From a virus: a stretch of DNA of 64,000 bases. The DNA is taken from IMG/VR virus record IMGVR_UViG_3300027863_001119, positions 32,001 to 96,000 of that record. One strand, written 5' to 3'. Shown here piece after piece: positions 9,078 to 19,881 of this stretch. The notes below the pieces were generated by a model. It was not told where the DNA came from and ran no database searches. It saw nothing but the letters and a program-made list of their open reading frames with translations. Position numbers and translations under genes: made by a program. Numbering within the stretch: the stretch's first letter is position 1; every line of letters starts with the position of its first letter.

Positions 9078-10219
9078 GATTTCGAAAGCAATATTTATCC
9101 GACATAACTTCTACTATAGTACCATCTAATTTAAACAAACACGCAAGGTTAGCTCAAGTTATAAGTGTAGAAGCAGAAAAAGGAGTGTGTACAATAAGAT
9201 TTCTCGATACTCCTAGTACACGCTCTGATGTTATTCTTGTACAGCCCTCCTCTGGAATATTCAACATCCCAGAGGTAGGCAATATTGTTATAGTTGTATT
9301 TGATAAATTTGAAAGGCCTTATATAGTAGGATATATAAATTTAGGACACGAAAGCAGAGTGCGTAAATTAAATACATTGCCAAAATTTAAGCCTGGTGAA
9401 AAATTTTTTGAAGCAGGGGGTTCTTACTTTTATATAAGAAAAAATGGAAATATTATAATATCTACTTTAACCGGGAATTATCTAGAAATAGAGAACACTT
9501 CAGGATCGTTAAAGTTTGAAAGTGTAAACTGGAAGGTTATTACAGAAGGAGGAATATTATATTTTGGAATTGTTAAAAGGCTTGTAAAGGATGAAAAAGG
9601 TAATCTTGAATACAAACCAATAACATCTTTTAATGGGGACGCTTATACAGAATTAAGCTTAAAAGTTATAGAAAAAGCGGATGGTTCTCTTGGAATTGAT
9701 CCAAATGCTTCTCCTTTAATTGAAATGACTTTAGGAACTTTAGTTGATAAAGAAGGAAATGTAGTAGATAAAAATTTAAACAAAACTTTATACTCAAATA
9801 AAGAAGTACTTTTACATTTAAAGTTAAAAAATGGAGTTCAAATTGATATAGATAAAGAAGGAAGATTAAGTATAAAGAACATGAAGATAAATATAAATGA
9901 AGGAAGTGTTGATTATGATGATCCAGATATTGCATTAGGATTAGAAAAAAACAACGCATTATTAGGTACAAGAGGACAACATGTTGCAAGAGAACATGAT
10001 GAAGTTACTATTCCTATAAGTACACAATTTGAATCTGTAGAACATAAAACATTATCTGAAAAGAACCTTCAAAATTTGAATGCTTTGCAAACTTTAGCTA
10101 TGTCAATTATTTCTCCTATGGGACCATGTTTTCTAAACCTCGGAGTTTTAGGGGTAAACAATAGTTTAAAAGGAGAAATAACATCTGGTGCAAAAGATGT
10201 TATAGTAGGAGGGGAGTAA
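9074..10219 (+). CDS. Baseplate spike / gpV-gp5-like protein
   Basis: N-terminal OB-fold pattern (AQVISV..IPEVGNIVIVVF..PYIVGY), PGEK..GS.FYI beta-helix repeats, C-terminal GEITSGAKDVIVG. Confidence 0.65.
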   Translation: MRFRKQYLSDITSTIVPSNLNKHARLAQVISVEAEKGVCTIRFLDTPSTRSDVILVQPSSGIFNIPEVGNIVIVVFDKFERPYIVGYINLGHESRVRKLNTLPKFKPGEKFFEAGGSYFYIRKNGNIIISTLTGNYLEIENTSGSLKFESVNWKVITEGGILYFGIVKRLVKDEKGNLEYKPITSFNGDAYTELSLKVIEKADGSLGIDPNASPLIEMTLGTLVDKEGNVVDKNLNKTLYSNKEVLLHLKLKNGVQIDIDKEGRLSIKNMKININEGSVDYDDPDIALGLEKNNALLGTRGQHVAREHDEVTIPISTQFESVEHKTLSEKNLQNLNALQTLAMSIISPMGPCFLNLGVLGVNNSLKGEITSGAKDVIVGGE

Positions 10220-13200
10220 ATGACACCTGCAGAGTTATTAGCTCAAAAAATAACAGAAAGTATATTAAAGCAAGATGCGGGGGCGGGAAAAACTATAGGA
10301 GATTTAACTGAAAATGATAAAAGTGGCTATATTTATAACTCGTGGCTTAATATTTGTAAACCTTTAGTTCAATATTTAGGGGCTTCTGGATCAGTATCTG
10401 GGTTTATTTTATGGGGAAGTATATTAGGAAGTATATCTGATCAAACTGATTTATATGAGATATTAACTACTCTTCAAAACGTAGATAATAATCTACAAAA
10501 CCAAATTACTTTAGTTTCAGGTTCTCTTGTAACTGAAATTCAAAATAGAATCAATGCTGATAATAATTTACAAAGTCAAATCAATCAATTAGTTATAAGT
10601 GGAGGCATAAGTACTGGTGAAAATTTAGGTAGTGGAGAAGGAATTTATATTGGTAATTTTGGTTCTATACTACGGTTTAAGACACTAAAAGGTTCTGGAA
10701 GTATAAATGTAAGTACAATTGGAAATGAGATTATAATTGATGGTCAAGATTTACAAAACCAAATTACTTTAGTTAGTGGATCATTAACTACTGAAATTCA
10801 AAATAGAATCAATGCAGATAATAATCTACAAAGTCAAATTACTTTAGTTTCTGGTTCTCTTGTAACTGAAATTCAAAATAGAATTAGCGGGGATAATAAT
10901 CTACAAAACCAAATTACTTTAGTTAGTGGATCATTAACTACTGAAATTCAAAATAGAATTAGCGAGGATAATAATTTACAAAACCAAATTACTTTAGTTT
11001 CAGGTTCTCTTGTAACTGAAATTCAAGACAGAATTAATACTGATAATAATCTACAAAACCAAATTACTTTAGTTAGTGGATCATTAACTACTGAAATTCA
11101 AAATAGAATCAATGCAGATAATAATTTGCAGAATCAAATTACTTTAGTTAGTGGATCATTAACTACTGAAATTCAAAATAGAATTAGCGAGGATAATAAT
11201 CTACAAAGTCAAATTACTTTAGTTTCAGGTTCTCTTGTAACTGAAATTCAAAATAGAATTAGCGGGGATAATAATCTACAAAACCAAATTACTTTAGTTA
11301 GTGGATCATTAACTACTGAAATCCAAAATAGAATCAATGCAGATAATAATCTACAAAACCAAATTACTTTAGTTAGTGGATCATTAACTACTGAAATTCA
11401 AAATAGAATTAGTGAGGATAATAATCTACAAAACCAAATTACTTTAGTTTCAGGTTCATTAACTACTGAAATTCAAGACAGAACTAATGTTGATAATAAT
11501 TTACAAAACCAAATTACTTTAGTTAGTGGATCATTAACTACTGAAATTCAAAACAGAATCAATGCAGATAATAATTTACAAAGTCAAATTACTTTAGTTT
11601 CAAGTTTATTAACTAATGAAATTCAAGACAGAATTAATGCAGATAACAACTTACAGAATCAAATAAGTCAATTAGCTGTAAGTGGAAGTATAAGTACTGG
11701 TGAAAATTTAGGTAGTGGAGAAGGAATTTACATTGGTAATTCGGGTTCTATACTACAGTTTAAGACATTAAAAGGTTCTGAAAATATAAATGTAAGTACT
11801 GTTAATAATGAAGTTATAATTAGTGGTCAGAATTTACAAAGCCAAATTACTTCAGTTTCAAGTTCATTAACTAATGAAATTCAAAATAGAATCAATGCTG
11901 ATAATAATTTGCAAAGTCAAATTACTTTAGTTTCAGGTTCTCTTGTAACTGAAATTCAAGACAGAATCAACACAGATAATAATCTACAAAACCAAATTAC
12001 TTTAGTTTCAGGTTCTCTTGTAACTGAAATTCAAGACAGAATCAACACAGATAATAATCTACAAAACCAAATTACTTTAGTTTCAGGTTCTCTTGTAACT
12101 GAAATTCAAGACAGAATCAACACAGATAATAATCTACAAAACCAAATTACTTTAGTTTCAGGTTCTCTTGTAACTGAAATTCAAGACAGAATCAATGCAG
12201 ATAATAATCTACAAAACCAAATTACTTTAGTTTCAGGTTCCCTTGTAACTGAAATTCAAAACAGAATCAATGCAGATAATAATCTACAAAGTCAAATTAC
12301 TTTAGTTTCAGGTTCCCTTGTAACTGAAATTCAAGACAGAATCAACACAGATAATAATCTACAAAACCAAATTACTTTAGTTTCAGGTTCTCTTGTAACT
12401 GAAATTCAAGACAGAATCAATGCAGATAATAATCTACAAAACCAAATTACTTTAGTTTCAGGTTCCCTTGTAACTGAAATTCAAAACAGAATCAATGCAG
12501 ATAATAATCTACAAAACCAAATTACTTTAGTTTCAGGTTCCCTTGTAACTGAAATTCAAAACAGAATCAATGCAGATAATAATCTACAAAGTCAAATTAC
12601 TTTAGTTTCAGGTTCCCTTGTAACTGAAATTCAAAATAGAATTAGCGGAGATAATAATTTACAAAACCAAATTACTTTAGTTAGTGGATCATTAACTACT
12701 GAAATCCAAAATAGAATCAATGCAGATAATAATCTACAAAACCAAATTACTTTAGTTAGTGGATCATTAACTACTGAAATCCAAAATAGAATCAATGCAG
12801 ATAATAATCTACAAAACCAAATTACTTTAGTTTCAGGTTCATTAACTAATGAAATTCAAAACAGAATCAATGCAGATAATAATCTACAAAGTCAAATTAC
12901 TTTAGTTTCAGGTTCCCTTGTAACTGAAATTCAAAATAGAATTAGCGGAGATAATAATTTACAAAACCAAATTACTTTAGTTAGTGGATCATTAACTACT
13001 GAAATCCAAAATAGAATCAATGCAGATAATAATCTACAAAACCAAATTACTTTAGTTTCAGGTTCATTAACTAATGAAATTCAAAACAGAATCAATGCAG
13101 ATAATAATCTACAAAGTCAAATTACTTTAGTTTCAGGTTCCCTTGTAACTGAAATTCAAAATAGAATTAGCGGAGATAATAATTTACAAAACCAAATTAC

Positions 13201-13927
13201 TTTAGTTAGTGGATCATTAACTACTGAAATCCAAAATAGAATCAATGCAGATAATAATCTACAAAACCAAATTACTTTAGTTTCAGGTTCATTAACTAAT
13301 GAAATTCAAGACAGAATCAACACAGATAATAATCTACAAAACCAAATTACTTTAGTTTCAGGTTCTCTTGTAACTGAAATTCAAAACAGAATCAATGCAG
13401 ATAATAATCTACAAAGTCAAATTACTTCAGTTTCAAGTTCATTAACTAATGAAATTCAAAATAGAATCAATGCAGATAATAATCTGCAGAATCAAATAAA
13501 TCAATTAGCTGCAAGCGGAAGTGTAAATAATTGGACATTAACTTCTCCGTTATTATTAAATTCTTATCCTATAGTTGAAACTTTTACAGCAGGAGAAAAT
13601 CTTAGTGCAGGAAATGTTTGTTATTTAAAAAGCGATGGAAAATTTTGGAAAGCACAAGCAAACAGTGAAAGTACTACAAAAGGATTGATTGCTGTTGCAA
13701 GTTCTTCTATTTCTGCTAATAATGTAGGGAGGTTTGTTTTATTTGGACCTTTTATAACATCTGGTATAAGCGTAGGAAGTGTTTATTATATTAGTCCAAC
13801 TACTGCGGGAGGTATTACAACAACTGTTCCTACTACTTCTGGACAACAAGTTAGAATAGTTGGCTATGGGCTTACTTCAAACATATTATTTATAAAACCA
13901 AGCGATGTATATTTGGAGATTGCGTAA
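10220..13927 (+). CDS. Long coiled-coil fibre protein with 25-aa repeats
   Basis: ~35 copies of NNLQNQITLVSGSL[VT]TEIQNRINAD, two copies of a globular knuckle domain, C-terminal beta-rich tip (FTAGENLSAGNVCYL..). Confidence 0.8.
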   Translation: MTPAELLAQKITESILKQDAGAGKTIGDLTENDKSGYIYNSWLNICKPLVQYLGASGSVSGFILWGSILGSISDQTDLYEILTTLQNVDNNLQNQITLVSGSLVTEIQNRINADNNLQSQINQLVISGGISTGENLGSGEGIYIGNFGSILRFKTLKGSGSINVSTIGNEIIIDGQDLQNQITLVSGSLTTEIQNRINADNNLQSQITLVSGSLVTEIQNRISGDNNLQNQITLVSGSLTTEIQNRISEDNNLQNQITLVSGSLVTEIQDRINTDNNLQNQITLVSGSLTTEIQNRINADNNLQNQITLVSGSLTTEIQNRISEDNNLQSQITLVSGSLVTEIQNRISGDNNLQNQITLVSGSLTTEIQNRINADNNLQNQITLVSGSLTTEIQNRISEDNNLQNQITLVSGSLTTEIQDRTNVDNNLQNQITLVSGSLTTEIQNRINADNNLQSQITLVSSLLTNEIQDRINADNNLQNQISQLAVSGSISTGENLGSGEGIYIGNSGSILQFKTLKGSENINVSTVNNEVIISGQNLQSQITSVSSSLTNEIQNRINADNNLQSQITLVSGSLVTEIQDRINTDNNLQNQITLVSGSLVTEIQDRINTDNNLQNQITLVSGSLVTEIQDRINTDNNLQNQITLVSGSLVTEIQDRINADNNLQNQITLVSGSLVTEIQNRINADNNLQSQITLVSGSLVTEIQDRINTDNNLQNQITLVSGSLVTEIQDRINADNNLQNQITLVSGSLVTEIQNRINADNNLQNQITLVSGSLVTEIQNRINADNNLQSQITLVSGSLVTEIQNRISGDNNLQNQITLVSGSLTTEIQNRINADNNLQNQITLVSGSLTTEIQNRINADNNLQNQITLVSGSLTNEIQNRINADNNLQSQITLVSGSLVTEIQNRISGDNNLQNQITLVSGSLTTEIQNRINADNNLQNQITLVSGSLTNEIQNRINADNNLQSQITLVSGSLVTEIQNRISGDNNLQNQITLVSGSLTTEIQNRINADNNLQNQITLVSGSLTNEIQDRINTDNNLQNQITLVSGSLVTEIQNRINADNNLQSQITSVSSSLTNEIQNRINADNNLQNQINQLAASGSVNNWTLTSPLLLNSYPIVETFTAGENLSAGNVCYLKSDGKFWKAQANSESTTKGLIAVASSSISANNVGRFVLFGPFITSGISVGSVYYISPTTAGGITTTVPTTSGQQVRIVGYGLTSNILFIKPSDVYLEIA
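10751..11665 (+). repeat. 75-bp tandem repeat array, ~12 units
   Basis: Unit GATAATAATCTACAAAACCAAATTACTTTAGTT..GAAATTCAAAATAGAAT.. with period 75 bp. Confidence 0.95.
11834..13498 (+). repeat. 75-bp tandem repeat array, ~22 units, with higher-order duplications
   Basis: Period 75 bp (e.g. 11941 vs 12016); 12601-12720 is identical to 12901-13020. Confidence 0.95.
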
Positions 13928-14856
13928 TGAAAGTATGGTATGTAACATCAAATTTAAATCAAGCAAGATGTTATTTAGGAGGGGGAGGAGGATGGGCATC
14001 TGCATTTGCAATTGGAGGGAGAACTTCTACATCTAGTGGTACTTTAACGAGTGTTGAGCTTTTTAGTGGTAGTACCTGGTCTTCTCTTGCTTCATTAAAT
14101 TTACAAAGATGGGGAATGGGTGTTACGAGTAGTCCTGGGTTTATACTTTCTTTTGTAATAAATGGGGATGCAGATGCATATACATATACAACGGAATACT
14201 ACAACGGAGTGTCTTGGGAATATAGTAGTAACACAAACGTCGCGAGAAAATATTTAGGAGCGATAGGAAGGGCAGACGGAAGTTCAGTCATTTTTGGAGG
14301 GTATGCAGCATTATACACTTCTGAGTTATATTCTGGAGTATCGTGGACAACTGGGCCTAACTTAAGCATAGGAGTAAGATGGCCATTAGGAGGAGACGGA
14401 TATGTAAATACAACTCAAGGATTAAAAATAGGAGGATATGATGGATCTAACTATTATAGTGTATGTGAAAGATATGATGATACATCTTGGGTAACAGTAA
14501 ATAGCTTAAATGTTGCAAGAGGTTATGGAGGAGCGGGAGGTACAGGAATTTCCAATATAATTGTATTTGGTGGTTATAATTCTACAAATAGAGTACTTTC
14601 AAGTACAGAAACTTTTAATGGCACTTCTTGGGCAGTAGACTCTGCAACACTTAATGTGCCACGATATATATTAGGGGGAGCAGGAGATAGTGATTATGCA
14701 TTAAGTTTTGGAGGATACAATGGATCTTCTGTATTAAACACTACTGAGTTATATCGAACTTCTGTAGGGTGGTCTGGAAAAATTTGGGGAATTTCTTCTA
14801 TTTCTAAAATAATAGGAGTTAGTAAATCTTCAATATTAAATGTAAAGGTCTCATAA
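13927..14856 (+). CDS. Kelch-repeat beta-propeller protein
   Basis: Six diverged Kelch blades (LN.AR..GG.G..FGG..E.Y.G.SW); 1-nt stop/start overlap with the fibre gene. Confidence 0.8.
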   Translation: MKVWYVTSNLNQARCYLGGGGGWASAFAIGGRTSTSSGTLTSVELFSGSTWSSLASLNLQRWGMGVTSSPGFILSFVINGDADAYTYTTEYYNGVSWEYSSNTNVARKYLGAIGRADGSSVIFGGYAALYTSELYSGVSWTTGPNLSIGVRWPLGGDGYVNTTQGLKIGGYDGSNYYSVCERYDDTSWVTVNSLNVARGYGGAGGTGISNIIVFGGYNSTNRVLSSTETFNGTSWAVDSATLNVPRYILGGAGDSDYALSFGGYNGSSVLNTTELYRTSVGWSGKIWGISSISKIIGVSKSSILNVKVS

Positions 14857-14857
14857 A

Positions 14858-15454
14858 ATGCAAGTTTCTCCTATAGCATATCAAATTTGTAACAAATTGG
14901 GTTTATCTGGAGATTATTGGACAGTCTTAACACAAACCCTTATAAATCTTACCAGATCAACAAGAATGGTAATTTATGACTATTTAAGTTCTAAACTTTC
15001 TTATTTAAGATCTTACAAAGGGACTTTGAATACATTAAGTAATAAAGCAAATATATTATCTTCAAAAATTAACAATTCTATTAATGCTTTGAATATTATA
15101 CTATCTCCAATAAGAAATACTTTAAAATCTATTCCATTAGAAGTTTTAGGATTACAAGAAATTCCAGAAGTTGCAGATTTGTTACAAGAAATAACAACAA
15201 AAGTACCTCTTAAGATACCTTCAAACCAAGCTACAATAATATCTAACTTAGCTGATTTTGATTTTTTAGAAGGAGTAGAAACTTTTGCAGATTTACAAGA
15301 TAAAATAACAGAACTCTCTTACAGAGCTTCAAGAGCAACTGCTTTATCTACTTACGTAGAGAAAGTTACCTTTATGGCAGATGAACAAATGAAAAAACTT
15401 GAAAATATACTATATATTATAGTAGAAATAAATAATATAGAAGGAACGTCCTAA
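14858..15454 (+). CDS. Hypothetical helical virion-module protein
   Basis: 198-aa ORF tightly coupled to its neighbours. Confidence 0.5.
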   Translation: MQVSPIAYQICNKLGLSGDYWTVLTQTLINLTRSTRMVIYDYLSSKLSYLRSYKGTLNTLSNKANILSSKINNSINALNIILSPIRNTLKSIPLEVLGLQEIPEVADLLQEITTKVPLKIPSNQATIISNLADFDFLEGVETFADLQDKITELSYRASRATALSTYVEKVTFMADEQMKKLENILYIIVEINNIEGTS

Positions 15455-15930
15455 TGGATTTATTAGGAATAACCATTTGTGATCATATTGTTGGAGATCC
15501 GATTGAAAAATTTACTTTAGAGAATTGTCCGAAATGTAATGGTAAAGGAGTAGTAGGAGACATCAGTTTTGATAGTAATGGTAAAGTAAATACCGTAGGA
15601 GGCATAGAACTATTAAAACAAAAAATAAAAAAGATTTTAACAGAATCAACAAGAGATACTGGATATGGATTTAATTATAATATGTTAAGTTATAATGATA
15701 AGTTAAAATCTGGGGTTAAAAGTGAAATATATAGATGTATTAATTATTTAATTAACTTACAAAAAGAAAAAGAGAAAGAAGGATTCTATTACTTACCTAC
15801 AGAAAAGATTGATAGTATTGATAAAGTCGATATACTTGAGAATCCTGATCCAAGGAAAGTAGAAATACTAATAGTCTGTAAAAGTACTTCAGGTAAACAA
15901 GCGGAAATAAACTTATCTTTAGAGGTATGA
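15454..15930 (+). CDS. Baseplate wedge protein, gp25-like, with CxxCxGxG motif
   Basis: GDISFDSNG..V.G.ELLKQKIKKILTE pattern; directly upstream of baseplate J. Confidence 0.6.
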   Translation: MDLLGITICDHIVGDPIEKFTLENCPKCNGKGVVGDISFDSNGKVNTVGGIELLKQKIKKILTESTRDTGYGFNYNMLSYNDKLKSGVKSEIYRCINYLINLQKEKEKEGFYYLPTEKIDSIDKVDILENPDPRKVEILIVCKSTSGKQAEINLSLEV

Positions 15931-15931
15931 A

Positions 15932-17335
15932 ATGGCAAGAACTTTTTCTAATATTGTAAATTCAATGATCTCTTTTATAAAAAGTGTAAAACCAACTATT
16001 GATACAAGTGAAGGGACGATTGTTAGAGATGTAATAATTGATGCTCCTTCTCAAGAGCTTGCAAAAATTTATTCCGAAATGGATACAATTTCTTTAAGTC
16101 AATCTCTTCTTACAGCTCCAGACTCAGTTCTTGATAAAATAGCTTCTAATTTAGGATTAGTTAGGAAAAATGCAAGACAGTCAAAAGGATATGTAACATT
16201 TTTCAGAAATACTGCACCTAGTTTTGATATAACAATTCCTGCTGGTACAGTAGTATCTACATCTCCTACCAATACTACGGAGGCACAGCGTTTTGTTACA
16301 TTATCAACTGTTACAATGTACACAGCGTTTTCACAAACCTATTTAAATCCCAACACTGGTGTATATGAAGTAACTGCGCCAATTGTATCTGTATTTCCGG
16401 GTGCAAATAGTGTTGTTGGTCCTTTATCTATTAATACTATTATTACTCCAATTACAGGAATCGAAGGATGTTATAATAAAGAGTCAACTACAGGAGGAAT
16501 GGATAGAGAAGACACAGAAACTTTTAGAAATAGGATTGCTTTAAAATGGAAAGGAAGTAATTTAGGAACTTTAAGCGGATTATTAAGTGATGTCTTAATG
16601 TTTTCAGAAGATGTAATTGATGCAAAAGTATTGGGGCACAATGATGTAGGGAGAGAAGATGCGGGAGCAGTAGATGTTTATGTAAAAGGATACAGAATAA
16701 GTAATACTCAAGAAGTTTTTTCTGCAGTATTAAATCCTTCATTTGACGAAATAGTTTTATCTAATCAACCCGTAAGAGAAATTTTTTATATAGCTCAAGG
16801 AGGAAGTGAGATTACTACTAATTATAGTTTTGTAAAAGACTCTGGAGCTTATGCGGGTTCAGTTAAAGGAAACGACAAAATAACCTTTAGTCCTCCTTTA
16901 TTTTCTTCTTCGGGATCTGTTATAGTAAATTACTCTTATAATTCTCTTATATCCGATTTGCAAAATTACCTTTTAAGAGAAGACAAATTAATTCAAAATG
17001 TAGATATTTTAGTAAAAGAAGCAATTGTCGTTCCTATTGTCTTAAATATAACAATTAGAGCTTTACCTGGTTATGACCAACTCAGTCTTGAAAGTTTAAT
17101 TAGAGATGAAATATCTTCCTTTATCGACAGTTTACATATAGGACAAGAATTACAACAAGCCGATATTGCAAGAGTAATTCTCAATACAAATGGAGTTGAT
17201 GATGTAAAGCTTCCATTTAATGAATTTAAAAGTGAAGATAATAGTATATTACCCAATAACTTTGGAAATCTTGAAATTCCGTTTAATTGTTTTCCTACAC
17301 TAAGTAATTTAACTATAAATTGGTTTACAGTATGA
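15932..17335 (+). CDS. Baseplate J-like wedge protein
   Basis: DTSEGT.VRD, LD.IA...GL.R..A, TIPAGTVV, GG.D.E....FR.RI, GAVDVYV motifs. Confidence 0.85.
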   Translation: MARTFSNIVNSMISFIKSVKPTIDTSEGTIVRDVIIDAPSQELAKIYSEMDTISLSQSLLTAPDSVLDKIASNLGLVRKNARQSKGYVTFFRNTAPSFDITIPAGTVVSTSPTNTTEAQRFVTLSTVTMYTAFSQTYLNPNTGVYEVTAPIVSVFPGANSVVGPLSINTIITPITGIEGCYNKESTTGGMDREDTETFRNRIALKWKGSNLGTLSGLLSDVLMFSEDVIDAKVLGHNDVGREDAGAVDVYVKGYRISNTQEVFSAVLNPSFDEIVLSNQPVREIFYIAQGGSEITTNYSFVKDSGAYAGSVKGNDKITFSPPLFSSSGSVIVNYSYNSLISDLQNYLLREDKLIQNVDILVKEAIVVPIVLNITIRALPGYDQLSLESLIRDEISSFIDSLHIGQELQQADIARVILNTNGVDDVKLPFNEFKSEDNSILPNNFGNLEIPFNCFPTLSNLTINWFTV

Positions 17336-19374
17336 TTTTTATAAACTGGAAAGATTACGCAAACAGAAGTATAAACAGAATCCTATCTAGCTTATTTTCT
17401 TATCTTTCATCTCGTTGGTATCCTGTAAATATTATTGGGTCTAATATATACAATATACTAAAAATGTATGCAGATCAAATATCTTCTGCTTCTATCGAAA
17501 GTTTTCAATTATTTAATGATCTTTTTATTGAAGGAGTAAGAACTACTCCTTTTCCTACTGACAGAAGTAGTAGTAAAATGTATGAGAACTTTGGTTATTT
17601 ATTTGAAGTTAGTAAAAATATAAGTCAAGAATATGAAATTCATAATTATATTTTACAAGGATACAGACAACAACTTCGATTTATATCAGAGGCTCTCTTT
17701 GATAGTACTACAATTAAAAGTATCCATCAAGTAGGACAAGCTTACAACGGAGTTTCTCCTTTAGTCAGAGAGTCTGTAAGAGATGTTTTAGGATGGAAGT
17801 TACAAACTGTTACAGGTTCTATATTGAGTACAGGAGATAATTTAGTAATTCTTGATGCAGAAATACCTAAAAAAGGAAATCTTTACTATACTAATCTTCC
17901 GGCGAGTGTAGGAGATCCTTATTTATATACATATTCTAAACTTGGTTTTAATACGAAATTGTTAGGAAAGAAACGTTATAATAGTGGAATTAATTGCACT
18001 TTATTCTTAGATAGTACTATTGCTACAAGTAGTATAGTTCGAAGTATAGAAAATTCTATTAATAATGTTTTAAAAGTAGATATAATTCCTTATTATGATG
18101 TTTCTGATAAAATATCTATATGGAAACCTTCTCCTATGAGTATACCTTCTTATTCTTCTGACTTATTTATGTATGCAAGTGGAGGGTACATTTATAATAC
18201 TCAACAAGTTCTTTTTTGGAGAGATCCAATATATGAGACAGATCCTCACGTTTCTTTAATAGATATTCCTTCCTATAAAGGCGCTTTAACATCTGGTTAT
18301 TTAGGAATTGTGGATATAAACCCTGACATTACTTATTATTATGATTGGTCTGTTTTACTAAGAAATGACGCAAGATATAAAGTTTATATGAGATCTTATC
18401 CTGGACAACCAATTCCAAGAACAGTTTACTTTAGAGAATATTTACCAGGATATAATAAGTTTAGTCTTTTATCTGACATAGAATCTTCAAAAGATTTACA
18501 ACCTATTAATCACTTAATATTTAATAAACTAAATGAAGTAGAAGATATTTCGACTGTAAATAATTTAACTCTTTGGACTAGTGGATCTTTTAAAACTACT
18601 TACATAAGAGGAAGAGAACCTTTAAAATTAGGGTGGAAACTAAGTTCTGGGTCTTTAATTTTAATATATAATGATGTCGCTTTGGATTTATCTCAAACTA
18701 ACTTTTTATGGGAAGGATGGATTTATGGAATAGATACTACATTTCGAGGTGTATTTGTTTATAAATATGAAGATCTTCCTTCTCCTCACGAAATGACTGT
18801 TATACCGGAAAACAATGGGTATTCAATAGCGATAGAATCATATGATTTTCTTAGCGGGTTTTTTAGCTTTAATATAAACAATAGTGGTAGTATTACTACT
18901 GTAAGGGCAGATATTTCAGAGTATCTTGAAGAATTACCATATAGACCTCATTATTTTGCATGTCTAGGTATTGATAATGTTATTTATTTACAAGTAGATG
19001 ATAATTTAATATATTCAGAACAAATAACAGGAAGTATTCCTTCTATACCATCTGGGTATTTAAGAATTGATACTAATTCTATAGGAATAGGATTTGATGA
19101 AATAATGTTAAGTACAGGAAGTATTGTTCCTGGAGAATTAAGAAATCGTTTTTATGATACATTGCCTAAAATAACATCTCGTAAAATAATGAACCAAGAT
19201 ACGATACATCAATTTCAATTTAGAATAGAAGCAAATGTAAAAGAATTTGAGTTGCATCAATGTTCTATTAGAGGAGTAACTACATCTTCTATTCCATTAC
19301 CTTATTTTAAAATAGCTCACGAAGCATCTGGGTATGGTGATATATATTCCGAAGATTATGGAATATACCTATAA
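17332..19374 (+). CDS. Baseplate wedge/structural protein with possible LamG-like domain
   Basis: ATGA overlap with baseplate J; ENFG..F pattern; C-terminal WEGWI..HYFAC..LQVD..FDEIML resembles a LamG beta-sandwich. Confidence 0.5.
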   Translation: MIFINWKDYANRSINRILSSLFSYLSSRWYPVNIIGSNIYNILKMYADQISSASIESFQLFNDLFIEGVRTTPFPTDRSSSKMYENFGYLFEVSKNISQEYEIHNYILQGYRQQLRFISEALFDSTTIKSIHQVGQAYNGVSPLVRESVRDVLGWKLQTVTGSILSTGDNLVILDAEIPKKGNLYYTNLPASVGDPYLYTYSKLGFNTKLLGKKRYNSGINCTLFLDSTIATSSIVRSIENSINNVLKVDIIPYYDVSDKISIWKPSPMSIPSYSSDLFMYASGGYIYNTQQVLFWRDPIYETDPHVSLIDIPSYKGALTSGYLGIVDINPDITYYYDWSVLLRNDARYKVYMRSYPGQPIPRTVYFREYLPGYNKFSLLSDIESSKDLQPINHLIFNKLNEVEDISTVNNLTLWTSGSFKTTYIRGREPLKLGWKLSSGSLILIYNDVALDLSQTNFLWEGWIYGIDTTFRGVFVYKYEDLPSPHEMTVIPENNGYSIAIESYDFLSGFFSFNINNSGSITTVRADISEYLEELPYRPHYFACLGIDNVIYLQVDDNLIYSEQITGSIPSIPSGYLRIDTNSIGIGFDEIMLSTGSIVPGELRNRFYDTLPKITSRKIMNQDTIHQFQFRIEANVKEFELHQCSIRGVTTSSIPLPYFKIAHEASGYGDIYSEDYGIYL

Positions 19375-19391
19375 AAAGAAAGGAGGAGTTT

Positions 19392-19865
19392 ATGAAAAAA
19401 TTATTATATTTTCTTTTATTTGTAGTTTTAACTTATATAAATGTAATTTCACAACAACGATTTGATCCACCTTCATCAAGAACACAATATTATAAATTAA
19501 GACAATGGGCTCAATCAGCAAGACCAAGTGCAGACTCGCTAAATAAAAATTGGACAGATATTGATAGTTTACTTAACGAATTAATTGTTTTTACAGATCC
19601 AAATCAATTACAAATAATAAATGATACTTTAAAGTTTTCTCCTTCTTTTTCAGGACAAAACTATTTTGTGGTTAACAAACAATATGATACTATTTATGTA
19701 CAAGGCATTAGACCACAAGATGTTGTTGTTGTAACTATATTAAATACAATACCAGATCCACAAGATGTATTAGGAGTTAGGATTGAAACCGATCGATTTA
19801 TTGTATCTAGACCTTCTACAAGTACAAGAGAATTATGGTATTGTTGGATTTGGATAAAGAAATAA
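19392..19865 (+). CDS. Secreted protein with signal peptide and tail-fibre-anchor-like motif
   Basis: AGGAGG SD; MKKLLYFLLFVVLTYINVIS-Q signal peptide; TQYYKL...DSLNKNW.DIDSLL motif. Confidence 0.6.
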   Translation: MKKLLYFLLFVVLTYINVISQQRFDPPSSRTQYYKLRQWAQSARPSADSLNKNWTDIDSLLNELIVFTDPNQLQIINDTLKFSPSFSGQNYFVVNKQYDTIYVQGIRPQDVVVVTILNTIPDPQDVLGVRIETDRFIVSRPSTSTRELWYCWIWIKK

Positions 19866-19881
19866 AGAAAGAAGATACTAT

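Noticed and set aside
10751-13498. 75-bp array as CRISPR or non-coding satellite
   Set aside because: No unique spacers; the array translates as an uninterrupted 25-aa protein repeat
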